A DNA stretch of 64,000 bases from Camelus ferus (GCF_009834535.1 NC_045697.1:33296001-33360000); one strand, 5' to 3'; positions 12,830 to 26,294 are shown, counted from the stretch's first letter. Program-made: numbers and translations. Notes: generated by a model not told the origin, from the letters alone.

Positions 12830-15229
12830 CATGTTATACACACCTTACAGGCAGCCATGAACTGAGCAGACTCTCAATATGCACATTCTGATAAAAATAT
12901 CCTAGGCTACTCCCTTCCCAGGCACCCTCCGCCCACACCAACCCTTTGCTTTCTTTCTCATTTGCCTGGTGAGTCATATCAGTGCTGGCAATTTATATTA
13001 ACGGCTTCAATCTCAGTGTCTTGCTTTATTTTTTGCCAGTATTCTCTTAACCTGAATAGTCCTTCTAACTGCAACTGCTCACTTCTCACGGTATAAACAT
13101 GGAGGAACGTACAGCCGTCAACAGAGTTCTGGCATTTCAGTGCGCTAAACAGTATTTTTTTAGACCTAAACATCCATCATGCTTTAAAAATACACCACCA
13201 GACTGTCTTCCTAAATGGGCCCTTAAACAGTGGTGGTCCCTCCCTTTGCAAGCTCAGTGAAGAGATAATATATCCTTTGGGGTCAGGCTATGCTCCGTTT
13301 TTCCCCCCAGTAGCTCTTTTAACTGCAAATAACTTCTTAAATGGATTCTCAAATTTATTTTTTAAATCAGAGTTATTATTTAATTAAAACAAAAGAAGAA
13401 TGTTTACGGATACAAAGCATTCACTTTAGCATTTCCTGCAGGATAGCTCATTTAAATATGTAGGATTCCTACACCCCCATTGCCAAAGATGCCTCCTGGG
13501 CACAAGAGCTTTCAAATAATCAAGACTACACTAGGCACTGCACTCCCAGAGCATCACTGGAAGAAAACACAGTATGATCTAATATGCTGTATGTTTTCCT
13601 GCCTTGTTTTTTAATTATTTATATTTTTTCTGCATTCCTTTAAAATGACTGGGTCAGTGAGAATGGCACTTCAGTTCTAAGACACCTTTAGGCTCTTTCT
13701 AAAGACACATTTCATCAGCTCATTAGGTCACTGGAATTAAATGTGGTTACAACATTTCTATTTACATTCCTCATCCGTCGTTCTCATAAGGGCGATGTAT
13801 GTGTTACCTATTCCAAGAGTCAAGAGCGTTCATCTCCATCTTCACTGAACCTGCTGAAATGTGACATCTCTTGCTTCACATCAGGTGCCAAGGTCCCATC
13901 CTTGTTAATTGTTAGTTGGATCACGGGCACCGTGTACCCGCCCACATCACTCCTCAGAAAAGAATACCACTTCTTTAGCTGTTCATCCTTTCAACTCCTA
14001 AAACTGATTTCTTCAACCAGTGCTCTGCTGTGCTCTTTAGGAAACCTTAATAATTCTGGAGTTCTCTGACCATCAAAATCAGCCTTCTTTGGCTCTACTT
14101 GGAATCTCATCTCCTAAGACTTCTGATTGTATCCTCCCATTCAGTTCCTGTCTGTGGATTTGCTAAAGTCAATCTACTTGTCAGTTTTCAGATTTTCTTG
14201 AAATCTCCCTTTCAATAAACAACCTGCCTGCCTCTGCCTCCCCACACCCTTGCCCGGGCATGAAACAGCCTGGCAATTATCTGGGCGGGTAAGACAAAGT
14301 TGCTGAGCAGGAAGTGGCCACTGCTTTTCAGCTTCCCAGATGCAGGGTATCTAAAAGCTTTTCTCCTTGGTGCTTCCCAAGCAATCACAGCGTTCTATCT
14401 GAGTAAGTGTGCCTTTGAGAAATCTCGAGTCTGCATACCAAAATCACTTCTGAGACTCACATAAGCCCTGGGTCTGCAGAAATTGTCACAGGACAATCAG
14501 GAACAAATTTAATGGTTTCAGAACGAGCACATTCCTTTTTCCTAGGGAGGCAAAAGGAACTGTGACCCCGAGGTGGTTTGATCTAGTATTTAGGGGAACC
14601 CCTATTCCCCAACCCTCACATTTTCACAGCCCTTTCTCTTTCCTGAGGGAACAATATTGATATAACACTTCCATCCCCATTTACTACTCATGTACCACTG
14701 CCCCCTCAAAAGAGAAATAACTTTTGTGACAACTGAGGTTGAGAGAAGGAACTGAATTTGTTCAGCTCTGCCACACTCTTTGGTTTAAGACCCACCTGCC
14801 CCAGGAGGTCTGTGTCCTGTGTTCTTCTTGTTTCCTGTGATGAGCACACAGCGTCTGGCGTAAGCTTGTCATCTAGAGACAGAGCTAAAATGTCTGTTGG
14901 GGTCCCATACACGTGAAACAGTGACCAGGAACACGGATGTCTATCTGCCAGCCCAAATACTCCCCGGGGCGAAATATTAGAATGCCTGGCCATGACCACA
15001 CATCTAAGCCACAGTCCCCAATACTAGTCTGGTCAGAAATAAAACTGATATTCTGACGTCCATATGTCTGCTTCCCAGGTCTAGATTTTATTTGAGTTGG
15101 GATTTTAGGAGAGGAATAAAGAAGTCTTATGACTGGCCTCATAGACCCTCAACGACTAAAGAAAAGCAGTTGCACATGCTTGTCACCCAAAATGTTGAGT
15201 TTCAGTTGATTAAGGCTGTGTGAAGTTTA

Positions 15230-15545
15230 AAGACCTCAGTTTGAATCTGAATTCTGTAATTTCCTATTTGTAAATATCGGGCAAGTTATTTAATCTCTCA
15301 GTGCCTAGGTTTCCTCAACTATGCATTCAACTAATATTTAATGAGCACATACTCTGTGCCAGGTTCCAATCTAGGATCTGAGGACACGCAGTGTGCTTAC
15401 ACACAAACAGCATAAAACGTCTACATGTATGGAGCTTTTATTCTGTAAAATTGAAAGAGTTCTACAAGATAAGGTCAGTATAAGGGTTACATGGGTTAAT
15501 ATATAAGATGCACTGACAGTGGTACCTGGAGCAGAGTAAGCACTC
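15230..15545. mobile_element. MIR (+) pieces around an L2 3' tail (-)
   Basis: MIR: ggcaagttatttaatctctcagtgcctaggtttcctca; L2 tail: atttaatgagcacatactctgtgccagg; MIR 3' end: cagtggtacctggagcagagtaagcact. Confidence 0.6.
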
Positions 15546-15550
15546 CGTCG

Positions 15551-15551
<1 letters not shown>

Positions 15552-15591
<40 letters not shown>

Positions 15592-15611
15592 CTGCTGCTG
15601 CTGCTGCTGCT
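15552..15611. repeat. compound microsatellite (GAT)13(GCT)7
   Basis: directly counted. Confidence 0.95.
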
Positions 15612-17869
15612 CTTTGCGTCATTTAGGGAAACAATGCCATCTCTGAGTAAATCGTGCTATTGATGCATTTCTTCCTTCTCTGTGATTGTTGCTGAGCTTC
15701 ATTCAAGATGTGCCATGATGCAATGATGATTCTTACATGAAAAGATTTCATAAATTCTGATTTCTAAGCTCCGCCCTCAAACTCTACACTCAGCTCCTTA
15801 CAGGATACTGCTAATTAATATGCTATGCTGTATCAGGAGGGATTTTTTTCTGACATTGAAAGTACAGGGCTTTCATTTTCTGCGTGTGTTTGGTTTTGCA
15901 GCATTCAAGCAAAATGTGCTCGGCATGTCATGCTTTAACTGGATTGTGGTAGGCAATACTAAAAAAATTATTTTCTTATGGTCTTCTTTGTCGCAGTAGG
16001 ACACTGCTAAACAAATACATCTAAGACGTTAATGAGGATGCTGAGAAAACAGAATTGGCATTTCTTTAAGAATATTCTAATCACTTTTCAGCTACACACA
16101 TTGACTAGTTAGGGATTCCAAGCTCACATGTTTGCTGGGTTATTTCTAGTACAGCAGTGGTTCCCCCAGCACCCTCCTGCCCTCAGGTCCATGCACAGCC
16201 ACTGTCTCCAGGGCAACTGACGTAGATCTATTCTCAGATAGAACTCCCCTCGCACACTTCTAACAGAATCCTTCAATCTCCACGTCACACCAGTTATGAG
16301 GACCTTATGTACTAGCTTGGTTACTTCTTAGACTTTGCCCATCTGAATCCCTATCTACCCATCTGTAACAGGTCCATTCATCTCAGCCACATTAATGTTC
16401 TCCATGTAAGGACTGATGAATTGTTTTCACAGCTAATGGATAACTGTCAAACACACCTTTTCTTCCATTCCTCCCATTCCTTCCATTCCTCCTTTTCATC
16501 CATTCATTCAACCATCAAAACACATGTCTGTTATTTACAAATGTTATCATCTGCAATAGCATCTTCATTTTGAAATGAAATGAAAACCTGGAGAACTTAA
16601 ATATTATAGTGTACATGGGGTCATAAAGATAACACGTAATAGAAGCATGAACTAAAATACTTTCCTCCTGACCCAAAGTCTATCAATCTACAGACACTGG
16701 TCTGGAGAAGTTTACCAAAAATTATCTATTTATGTTGTAAAGTCCACCAAAAGTCACTCACTGCAAATTTAACAAGATATTCTGAAACAAATCCTTATGG
16801 GACCTGACATTCTCCAACACATTCTCTCCACTTACATTGTAAAATTGAATGCAAATCACTCACTCCAAATTTAAGGAGATATTGTTCAACTAAATCTTTT
16901 TGGGCCTTAACATTCTCTGACAATTTAGGGCCCATCTTCAATTGTAGTGTCATGATATCCCTGACATTCACTCTGTGGGACCCTAGAAAAGGCCCTGACA
17001 GCCCCGTCAAAGATCAGATAATTGACAAGTGTCATATCTTTCTTTACACAGTAATGCGTTACTGAAACAACACATCTACAATTGCCTGTTTCTAATATAT
17101 ATATAATTTCTTAAAACTTTGAGTCATACTGAAGTTGTGTTTTTAATATACTTTTTAAATTATTTTTATTGACGTGTACATATATATAAATACATCAAGA
17201 AATATTTTAAAAACTTTTGGTGAGCTCTAATTGTTCAGAACTTTTTTTTTTCCAAAAATAATTGCTTTCAACATGGACAGACTCCTCAGTGATTTCTATT
17301 TTTGTTTACAATACAATGATAAATGACAGCATGAAAGATCTTGGGGAGCAATGGGAGCTCCACTCACATCCCTGAAAGGAAGGGGCAGAAAGAAGAAAGT
17401 TGACAGGTGACTAGAAGATTCCCCTCTCCCACCCTGCTGGTTCTGGGAGCAACAAAACTAGATAAGATGCCTTCAGGTTCCTTGGGAATCTGATTTGTTC
17501 AGGAAATCCAAAAATGATAAAGACAACATTCCTTAAAGCTTTCAAGCTTCAAGAAACTTAATTTAAAAAAAAAAAAAAACTGCTCTGCATGATACAGGTA
17601 AACTTATACTCTACCCAATGAGAAAAGCACTATTTGGAAACAGAACTAGATTCAAAAATAAGTAGATGAAATCATTATAACAAAACCATTAAAAGCTGCC
17701 AAGTAAAAGATTCAGGATGGTCTCTAAACTTTTAATGATTGGTTGTAAGCATCTGCCACATGGTTGCTGGTCATTTTTAAGCCAAGAGAAATTCAAGTCT
17801 TAGCAGACTTACAGGCAGTAAAGCAATGCTTTGCAAAAGGACAACAGATGATAAAGTTAAACTGATTTT

Positions 17870-18530
17870 TTCCAACTATTAAACATTTATTGAGTGATAA
17901 TCTGTGCAAGATGTTGTGCTAAGTGCTGTGTGGATTAAGCAATCAAAATGATTTAGTTCCTATATTTAAGAAATTCATAATCTCCTCAGGAAGAGGCATG
18001 TACAAAAGTAACAGTAATTCAGATCTTCCCTATGGAAGTAAAACTGAGCAGTTTGTGCCCATCTGCCTAAGTCAAAAACCTTTGAGACAGCTTTGATCTT
18101 ACTTCTTCTCTCACCAGTCTAACATGCTGTTTTTCCACTACCTGCAAGACATACCAAAAACAGATGTTTTTGAAAAATGAGTAAAGCTGCAATAGGTAAG
18201 ACAGATGAAAGGGGATGGATAATGAATGCAGGGAGTGAAAGGATAAAGTATTTCAACAAGACAGAGGAGGGAGTGAAGGGGGAGTTTTAAACATTAGTGG
18301 TGACGGCTAACCAGGAAGCATTATTGGACAGAGCTAAAAGACGTTTCCACCCGCGGAGGCAGAGTTGGTATGAGGTCTCCAAGCTCAGAAGACTTTAGAA
18401 ATACACACACACACAATGGCAGCTGAATCCCTGAGGACAAATGAGAACACCGTCAAGAATGAAAACGGAGGCAAAAAATATCTCCATGCATTAAAGGAGA
18501 GAGAGGTCATCAGAGAGAAAACAGGCAAAA
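17870..18530 (-). mobile_element. L2 fragments
   Basis: aaacatttattgagtg...tgtgctaagtgctg tail followed by purine-rich degenerate L2 body. Confidence 0.5.
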
Positions 18531-19189
18531 ACACTAATACCAACTAAGAAATATGACAAGATAATGGCCTATTTGAGACTATATAAGGACTTATAACTAA
18601 TTTAAGGAACAATTTAGCAAAGGAAGGCTTAAAGAAAAAAATTAACTGTATTTTATAGAATTTAGTCTAATGTGTAATAGTCAAGACTTTCAGCAATAAA
18701 GTTAATATTCTGAGACAATTTCATAAGACATTTAATAAAGATGCAAGAACATTAACAACACTAAAAATGGTTTTTAAAGACATTTATTCAATATAGGCAA
18801 GGGTGATAAAAAAATAAAATAAAATGTTATGAATGTATCAATAATGCACTTTGAAAGTCAGTCATTTTAGAATATATAATTTTATTTATATTAATGGCAA
18901 CTTTGAGCCATAACTGACATCTAAAGTGCATTGTTGGATATAATTCAACTTTTCCATAACAATTTTAAGGGGAAAGTACATTCTCACATAATGGTTTGAA
19001 AGTATAACACCCACAGCTGGTAATCATGTCACATAAAAACTGAAACCAAATTTCTTTATCTCTTGCTAAGGGTTCATAAATAAGACTTTTTTTGACCAAG
19101 TGTCACATTCATGTTATATCTCATCCTGTAGATGGCCTGTTATCACCTCTATAAAATGTTTATTGCTGCACAATTAAGAGCAAGTTAGA

Positions 19190-20125
19190 TGCCAAAACTT
19201 GGAATCAGAGAAATCTAAGTTCAAATCTGAGTTGCACAGTAGTAATTTTGTGATCCTGTGCACATCACTTAAATTGTATGTGCTGCAATATTCTCACAGA
19301 TGGGGCTCATAATGCCGATCTGACAGTGTGCTTGTAAGAATTAAATGACACCAGACAGAATGGCTACCATCAAAAAGTCCACAAACAATAAATGCTGGAG
19401 AAGGTGTGGAGAAGAGGAAGCCCTCCTACACTGTTGGTGGGAATGTAGTTTGGTGCCACCACTATGGAAAACAGCATGGAGATTCATTAAAAACTAAAAA
19501 TAGACTTGCCATGTGATCCAGCGATCCCACTCCTGGGCATATATCTGGAGGGAACTTTAATTCGAAAGGATACATGCACACCAATGTTCATAGCAGCACT
19601 ATTTACAATAACCAAGACATGGAAACAATGAAAATGTCCATCAACAGATGACTGGAAAAAGAAGTATAATGGAATACTACTCAGCCATAAGAAAAATTAA
19701 ATAATGCCATTTGCTGCAACCTGGATGGAACTGGAGATCACCATTCTAAGTGAAGTAAGCCAGAAAGAGAAAGAAAAATACCATATGCTATCACTTATAT
19801 GTTAATCTAAACAAAGACATAAATGAACTTATTTACAAAACTGAAACAGACTGACAGCCATAGAAGACAAACTTATGGTTACCCGTGGGGAAAGGGGTGG
19901 GAAGGATGAAATGGAGAGTTCAAGATTTCCAGATATTAACTGCTATATATAAAATAGATAAACAGTAAGTTTATACTGTACAGCACAGGGAACTATAGTC
20001 AATATTTTGTAGTAACCTACAATGAAAAAGAATATGAAAATGAATATATATATGTATATGTGTGACTGAAACTTTATGCTACATACCAGAACCTGACACA
20101 ACATTGTAAACAGACTATATACTTC

Positions 20126-20164
<39 letters not shown>

Positions 20165-20220
20165 TTAAATGAAATTATGCCTGTAGAGTACAGTGCGCTT
20201 GGCATAGACAAAACACTAAA
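19190..20220 (+). mobile_element. MIR SINE split by an L1 insertion (19190-19348 and 20160-20220)
   Basis: MIR core up to gtaagaattaaatga, resuming after the L1 poly(A) with attaaatgaaattatgcctgtagagtacagtgcgcttggcatag. Confidence 0.7.
19349..20159 (+). mobile_element. 5'-truncated L1 (ORF2 C-terminus, 3'UTR, poly(A))
   Basis: translates to [30 protein letters not shown] (ORF2p CCHC motif), then disrupted; A run 20129-20161; 13-bp TSD aagaattaaatga (19336-19348) / aagtattaaatga (20160-20172). Confidence 0.95.
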
Positions 20221-20250
20221 AAAAAGATATGTTTAGTTAGTAGCAGCAAT

Positions 20251-20822
20251 TGTATTAGTTTTATAATGTGCAACAAATTATTACAAACCTAAGCACTTGA
20301 AACAACATCCCTTTAGGAAGCACAGCTTGGCACAACTGGGTCCTCTGCTCAGGGTCTGAGGCTGAAATCAAGGTGTCTGCTGGGCTGGGTTCCCTTCTGG
20401 AGACTCTGGGGAAGGCTGAGCTTCCAAGCTCATTCAAATCGTTGACCAAATTCAGCTTCTCACACTGTATAATATAGCACACTGTATAGGGTCCCGATTT
20501 CCTTGCTGGCTGCCACAGCTCATCTCCTAGAGGCTGTCAACACTCCCTGCTACATGGTCCTCTCCAGCAACGGAGAATCTCCTTCATGTCAAGTGCCTTT
20601 CATGTTTCAAATCTCGCTGACTACTCCATCTCAGATCCTTAGAACCAGATTTAAAGGGTTCATCTGATTATGTCAGGCCCTCCTGAGTAACTTAAAGGCA
20701 AAGTGCCGCAAAGCAAAACCTAACCACGGGACTGATGCATTCACAGTCCCAGGGATTACACAGGACTTAAAAAAGCACGCAGCAGGAATCTTGAGGGATA
20801 TCTTAGAATTCTACCTACCACA
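20251..20822 (-). mobile_element. MLT1 (MaLR) solo LTR, MLT1E/F-like
   Basis: tgtattagtt...ttagaattctacctaccaca are the reverse-complement MLT1 termini; degenerate 5-bp TSD gcaat/gtaac. Confidence 0.85.
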
Positions 20823-20889
20823 GTAACAGCCCTAATAATTGTCTACTGCCTAACACTTTCAATCATTTAAAACATTTATCTTTTTTTAA

Positions 20890-21134
20890 CTTTTTTTTTT
20901 TTTTAAACTGAAGTACAGTCAGTTACCATGAGTCAATTTCTGGTGTACAGCATAATGTTTCATTATTATTAAACATACATATAATTGTTAAATATAAATA
21001 TAATTGTTTTCATATTCTTTTTCATCATAGGTTACTACAAGATATTGAATATAGTTCCCTGTGCTATACAGAATAAATTTGTTTTTTATCTATTTTATAT
21101 ATAGTAGTTAGTATTTGCACATCTCAAACTCCCA
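20890..21134 (-). mobile_element. L1 3'UTR fragment
   Basis: poly(T), then sequence homologous to the 3'UTR of the 19349 L1 (atagttccctgtgctatacag); flanked by the direct repeat atttatctttttt. Confidence 0.9.
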
Positions 21135-21689
21135 ATTTATCTTTTTTAAGGTTTGAAGAAATCATAAGTAATTATGATCAGAAGCCTAATAAAATCCCTT
21201 AAGTTGTTATACCATTAATGTTTAATTATATTTATACACAGGAGATACGACATATTTATGGGAGTTTGAATTTCTAAAGAAAAGCCAAAAGAAAATAGAC
21301 TACCTTTTACTTGCCTACTCATCCTTTCTCAGAAGCACCTTATTCCCCTGTTTTGTTCTGTACACTTCCAGAGACATAATCTTGAAAGCCAGAAATTTCC
21401 TTTCATTAAATTCTAATGGTGATAAGAAAAATCATGCAGTTCACAGATTCTGACAAACTAAAAGTTTGATTCTGCTACAAGCTTCCACTGGAAAGGCAGC
21501 CCCAAAAGGAGTTGAATCATGCTAGCCCCAGGGTAAGGAGTTAAAGATCATCCGATTTTATCAATTCCCTTACAAAAACAACCACCCATCTGCTGTTTTT
21601 AAAGAACCTCTCATTTGAACTCATTGTTTCTTAAATTGTGAACAAATTTCCATGTTATGACATATTAGCAAGAATCAAAGGGCCATTGG

Positions 21690-21950
21690 GAAGCTGACTA
21701 CCAAACACCTACCACATGCCAGGTACTTTTATGGGACTATTACACACAGCATTTCATGTAATCTTTTTTAACATTCTAAGGAATTTTCATTGTTTTATAT
21801 CTATTTTACCTATGAAAAAACTGAGGCTCAAAGAAGATAACTAATGTGTTAAAAAAAACAAACAAACATACAATTAGAACGTGCGAACACCAGAATGCAA
21901 ACCTAGGTTTATCAGGCTCCAAAGCCTGGTATGGTTCCTGGGTATACCAT
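21690..21950 (-). mobile_element. MIR SINE
   Basis: ctattttacctatgaaaaaactgaggctcaaaga core. Confidence 0.7.
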
Positions 21951-22659
21951 ACTACCTCGTAAGGTTAGCATGGGTCACGTGGGGACAAAGGAAATGCATC
22001 TAGGGGAAAGAATGTTTGCATTTAATATTCCTTCATTTCTTTGGTTTTCATAGACATATCCCTCTTTCATGCACCATATTCTTTAAATGTGACTCACAAC
22101 AAGTCAGTCAGGGCTGAAATGTGTATGACTAATCACATCACTGCATTATTAATTCCGCAAATAATCTAAGTACTCATTGATTGCATATCAAGCAATGTTG
22201 GAATTATTTACATAAAACACATGATCTTCTTGTGTCCTTATTAGCTATTCTTGGACATAATAACAGCAAAAGCTTTGATTCAGATCAAGTAAGGGGTAAA
22301 ATCAGCAGAATGACAGTCAAAGATTCTGGCCTTACTTCACCAATGCCCTAACAGATTTTCTTTAATCAATGTCCTTTCTGTTGCTTCATATCTGAACCCA
22401 GATCCAAACCCAGGACATACATCCAAGTCAAGGCTGACCAAGAAATGTGATAAAGAGACACCCCCCCCCCCAAACAAATAAATAAGTGGGATTGCAAACC
22501 AGTCTTCATTTTTCAGAGGGACTTATCCAGAGGCTCCCAGAGCAGAGGTTTTCTCATTGCTATTGACCACCTCTGTTGGATTTGGGGGTTCTTAATTCCT
22601 GATTTATCAGATAAAGGCTCTAAAGAAACATGCATGGGTTGGAATGCTCATTCTATCAC

Positions 22660-22840
22660 AGAATAATTATGTGACAAAGGGAAAATACTTGGTCTCCAGC
22701 TCTCATTTTCTTAATGAGAAGAAAAAGTGGGGCTCATCAAACTACCTGTCTCCCTTGTGGGACTAATAGTGAATATTAAATCCTAGGTGAGGTGCTTAGC
22801 ATATTACCTGGCACTCAAAACATGGTAGGTACTATTATTA
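22660..22840 (+). mobile_element. MIR SINE
   Basis: tgtgacaaaggg...gtgcttagcatattacctggcac...ggtactattatta. Confidence 0.6.
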
Positions 22841-23379
22841 TGGATTTATTATGACTCACATCATTTTATAATGTTATTAGATAACCTCTGCAAGACAACT
22901 GAAAAATTCCAATAGTCTGTATGAAACTAATAATGGTTTTGCATAATCTCAACATAGAAAAACATATAGACTTAACGCTTCTCGGGCTTTTGAAATACAT
23001 TTTTGCCGTCTTGTTTTTGTTTCTATCACGTGCAACTAGTGGCTCTTACAGTGCTTTCATTTCGGTGTTAGAATGCAGTCCTGAATGCCCTACAGACAAC
23101 AGGACCCATGGGGCCTCTGGTTCACAAGCGTCGCTCATGTGGTCACCCCAATTCAGCAACAGCGAAGGCCGCTGAATGAGTCCATTTCACTATAGTAAAT
23201 CCAAGCTCATCCTAATGGTTCTAATAATATGTGCTGTTGAATTTAAGGTTCAGCACAGCAACTGAATCCACTTATCAATCAACATTGTTTCTGAGAAGAG
23301 TGCCTCACTGTAAGAAATGCTGGAGGTCCAAATCACCAACATTTAAAGATAAAACTCACTTTTTTTTTAAACAGGGCTT

Positions 23380-23610
23380 ATTAAAGATGTTTAATATATA
23401 ATAAGATCACTAATCACTGCAGAAAAGAAATAATACACAATAAACAATTCTGTGATAAATTTATATCTGTATCTCATTAATAAATTTCAGATGGATAACA
23501 AGGTTATATGTACAAATTGAACTTTATAATGCCTAGAGGAAAATATAAACAATATATGTAAAAAATGTACATCGGAGAAAAGTCATGGAAGTCATCTTAA
23601 AAATCATGGA
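23380..23610 (+). mobile_element. ancient L1M ORF2 fragment
   Basis: aaatttcagatggataacaagg...ctagaggaaaatata resembles the L1 ORF2 NSKWIKDL...LEENIG region. Confidence 0.45.
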
Positions 23611-23638
23611 AGAGTTTTTAAAGTAATAGATTTTTAAC

Positions 23639-23825
23639 TTTTTTTGTATTGAAGTATAGTTGGTTTACAATGTTGTGTTCATTTCTGGTGTAGTGATTTC
23701 TGCATAGTGATTCAGTTATACATACATATATATTCCTTTTCATATTCTTTTTCATTATAGGCTATTACAAGATACTGAATATAGTTCCCTGTGCTATACA
23801 GTAAGACCTTGCTGTTTATCTACTT
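23639..23825 (-). mobile_element. L1 3'UTR fragment, 3' part of a U6/L1 chimera
   Basis: same L1 3'UTR family (tattgaagtatagt...atagttccctgtgctatacagt); directly abuts the U6 oligo(T) end. Confidence 0.9.
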
Positions 23826-23931
23826 AAAAAAATATAGAACACTTCATGAATTCACGTGTCATCCTTGCACAAGGGCCATGCTAATCTTCTCTGTATCATT
23901 CAAATTTTAGTATATGTGCTGCAGTGAGCAC
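23826..23931 (-). pseudogene. full-length U6 snRNA retropseudogene
   Basis: revcomp GTGCTCACTGCAGCACATATACTAAAATTTGAATGATACAGAGAAGATTAGCATGGCCCTTGTGCAAGGATGACACGTGAATTCATGAAGTGTTCTATATTTTTTT matches U6 end to end; CpG transitions and a 3-nt deletion in the 5' stem-loop; ACAGAGA box intact. Confidence 0.97.
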
Positions 23932-24439
23932 TAAAACTTACTGTTAAATGCCTAAACTGTATATGAGAACCCCAAATAAGGAGCTATCCAAAGTATAAAT
24001 GCGTCTCTGTATTTTTATGTCTGAGCATTGGATTCACGTACAGAGTCAACTGACAAATAGTGAATTCTAGGTATTCTGCCAGGCACTGAGGACATAGTAG
24101 CAAACTAGAAAGATGTGGCCTCTGCTCCTCATCCATTTAATCCACTTTCCCTGGCAATTACTGTCATGGAGGTTTGAGATTTCAGGCTAACATTTCAAAG
24201 ACCATCTCCTCTTAAATACCTGAAATTCAGGCTCTGGTTTCACAGCCCAAACAGCAAAGCTCTTTATGCTTAGGCGTCGGGGAAGAAGGCTTTGAAGGCA
24301 TAGCAAATCAAGTTGTCAAAAAAGCATAATAATCAAGTCATAAATACACTAAGCGTGTTGGCCACAAAACATAGTTTCTGAATTATATCTTGAAACAAGA
24401 TATGACTTGTATCACCAAGCAGTGCACATTAACTGTCAC

Positions 24440-24878
24440 TATCGAAGATGAGTTACACCCTGAGAAATGGGTACTTCTTGCTATGAATGGTAATCTTTAA
24501 GCTGCCAAATGTCTTCAGTTCTACTTCTGAGTACATAGTAGAGTCGTACTGCTCTGCCCCCTGGAAGTTAAGCATGTCAATGTGCCTTCCTTTGAGCGAA
24601 GAATCTGAGAAGTGACATTGTCTTGGCCGAAGCTCTAAGTGACAGTATGTTCCTGATCCCATGTCTTTTCCCTGACACCGTGACCAGCAATATTTTAGAT
24701 GGTGAAAGTCCATCACCTTGAGACCCTCAGGGAGGATGATGTGTCGGAGAGCCCAAACCCTGCACACCCATCCAACCTCAGTGAACAGTGTCGGGTCATA
24801 AGCAATAAGAGAGAATAAAACATGTTTCAAGCTGAGACTTGTTACTGCAGCATAATTCAGTTAATTCAGACTAATACA
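24440..24878 (+). mobile_element. MLT1 (MaLR) LTR
   Basis: 3' end ttgttactgcagcataa...gactaataca with upstream aataaa. Confidence 0.7.
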
Positions 24879-25079
24879 CTTAGTAAACAAAAGTAAGTCT
24901 CTGACCCTATAAAATTGAGAGCCAGCTTAGAACAGTGGTGCACAAAAGTCCCTCTTCAAAGATATTGAGGAAAATCCTAGCCAGACTCACCTGGTGACAG
25001 AGTGATCTTACTACACACATTTCTTTTTCATTTTTAACTAAAAGATCACTAATAAAGTACTATTGGAGAATAGAGGAAG

Positions 25080-25270
25080 ATACCATTGTTTCTAACCAGA
25101 AACTTAGATGATTCAGTCCAGTGTTTGGGCCACCTGCATCAGAATGAAGACCATTTGATGAAATGCAGATTTCTGGGCATAACTTGTGAATTACTGAATA
25201 TTTGTTAAATGTGCATATGACAAATTCTCCAACTGATTCCTTCATACCCTTCATGAGAAATCTTGGTTTA
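25080..25270. mobile_element. MER5-like hAT-Charlie element
   Basis: ccacctgcatcagaat...aaatgcagatttctggg motif. Confidence 0.6.
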
Positions 25271-26294
25271 GGGCCAGGGGCTGCAAACTAATAGTTCTTT
25301 GTTATGTTTTGTTTGAGTTGCACAAGATTTTGTTTTGATTAGAATTAGAAGTGATTGGCATTTAAATTAAAAAAAAAAAAACTTTCCATAAAAACTGATA
25401 TTTCCAACAACTTTCAAAAAATAATTGGAGTATCTAGCAACTCTGATCTCAGACACATATGGCAAGAATCAGAAGAAGCGGAACTCCCTTTAAACAAGAA
25501 ATGTATGTGCTCCAGTTCTTCAGTCTTTATGATGTCAACTCATTCTTCTACTTGACCTGCCCAAGAGAAGCACTAGTTTGGGTCCCCATATTCTTGTTTC
25601 TGAGTGTTTTGTTATATGGACTGGATATTACGGAAAGTGGGAAAAAAGAAAGCCACTAAAGAGTGTTGGGCAAAAGAATTACATAATTAAATCTAATTTA
25701 AAAATAACCTGGCAATGTAGAAAGTAGGGTAGGGCTGGGTTTATATACTCAGGTGTTTTGGGACACTTTTTACTGGCCAGGCAGGCAGCATGACTGAGGG
25801 GCATGAACTGAATGAGATCGCTTATTAAATGTGGAAGATCTACCTTCTCTAGTAGGGAAAGCTGTTACTTAGTTTCAATTGCTGTCATCAGTTCAATTTC
25901 AATTTCAATTTCTGTCATCAGGAATTTCAGCCTAGGATGACCAAATCTGCCATTTTTAAAAGAGGAGACAGAAATCCACAATTTTATTGCAAGGGTCCTG
26001 ATTTCTAAATGCTTTAGGCTGATTATTTATTTAAAAACAGAAACACACCAATCATGTTGATATCTGTGTATTGAGGATACAGAATTAAAGTCAGGAAACT
26101 AGGAACAAGTAAAGAAAACTTGAAAAACCATTCTCAGATGGATTTTTAGCTCTTGTAGTTTGACAAATGTGGATACCATTAACCACTGCAAAGATAACCA
26201 CAGGAAGAAAAGCAATTTCAGGTGGCAAATTCATGAATTTAGTTTCTAGAAGTTTGAGAAATGTGTGCACGAAAGGACACGGCTCATCAGGAGT

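Noticed and set aside
13808..13853. Possible minus-strand micro-exon (TTTCAGCAG|...TAG|GTAACA) containing ATG GAG ATG
   Set aside because: Polypyrimidine tract is poor and the donor only moderate; expected by chance in 45 kb
23826..23931. Functional U6 gene
   Set aside because: Deletion in the 5' stem-loop, multiple CpG transitions, fusion to L1, no evident PSE/TATA upstream
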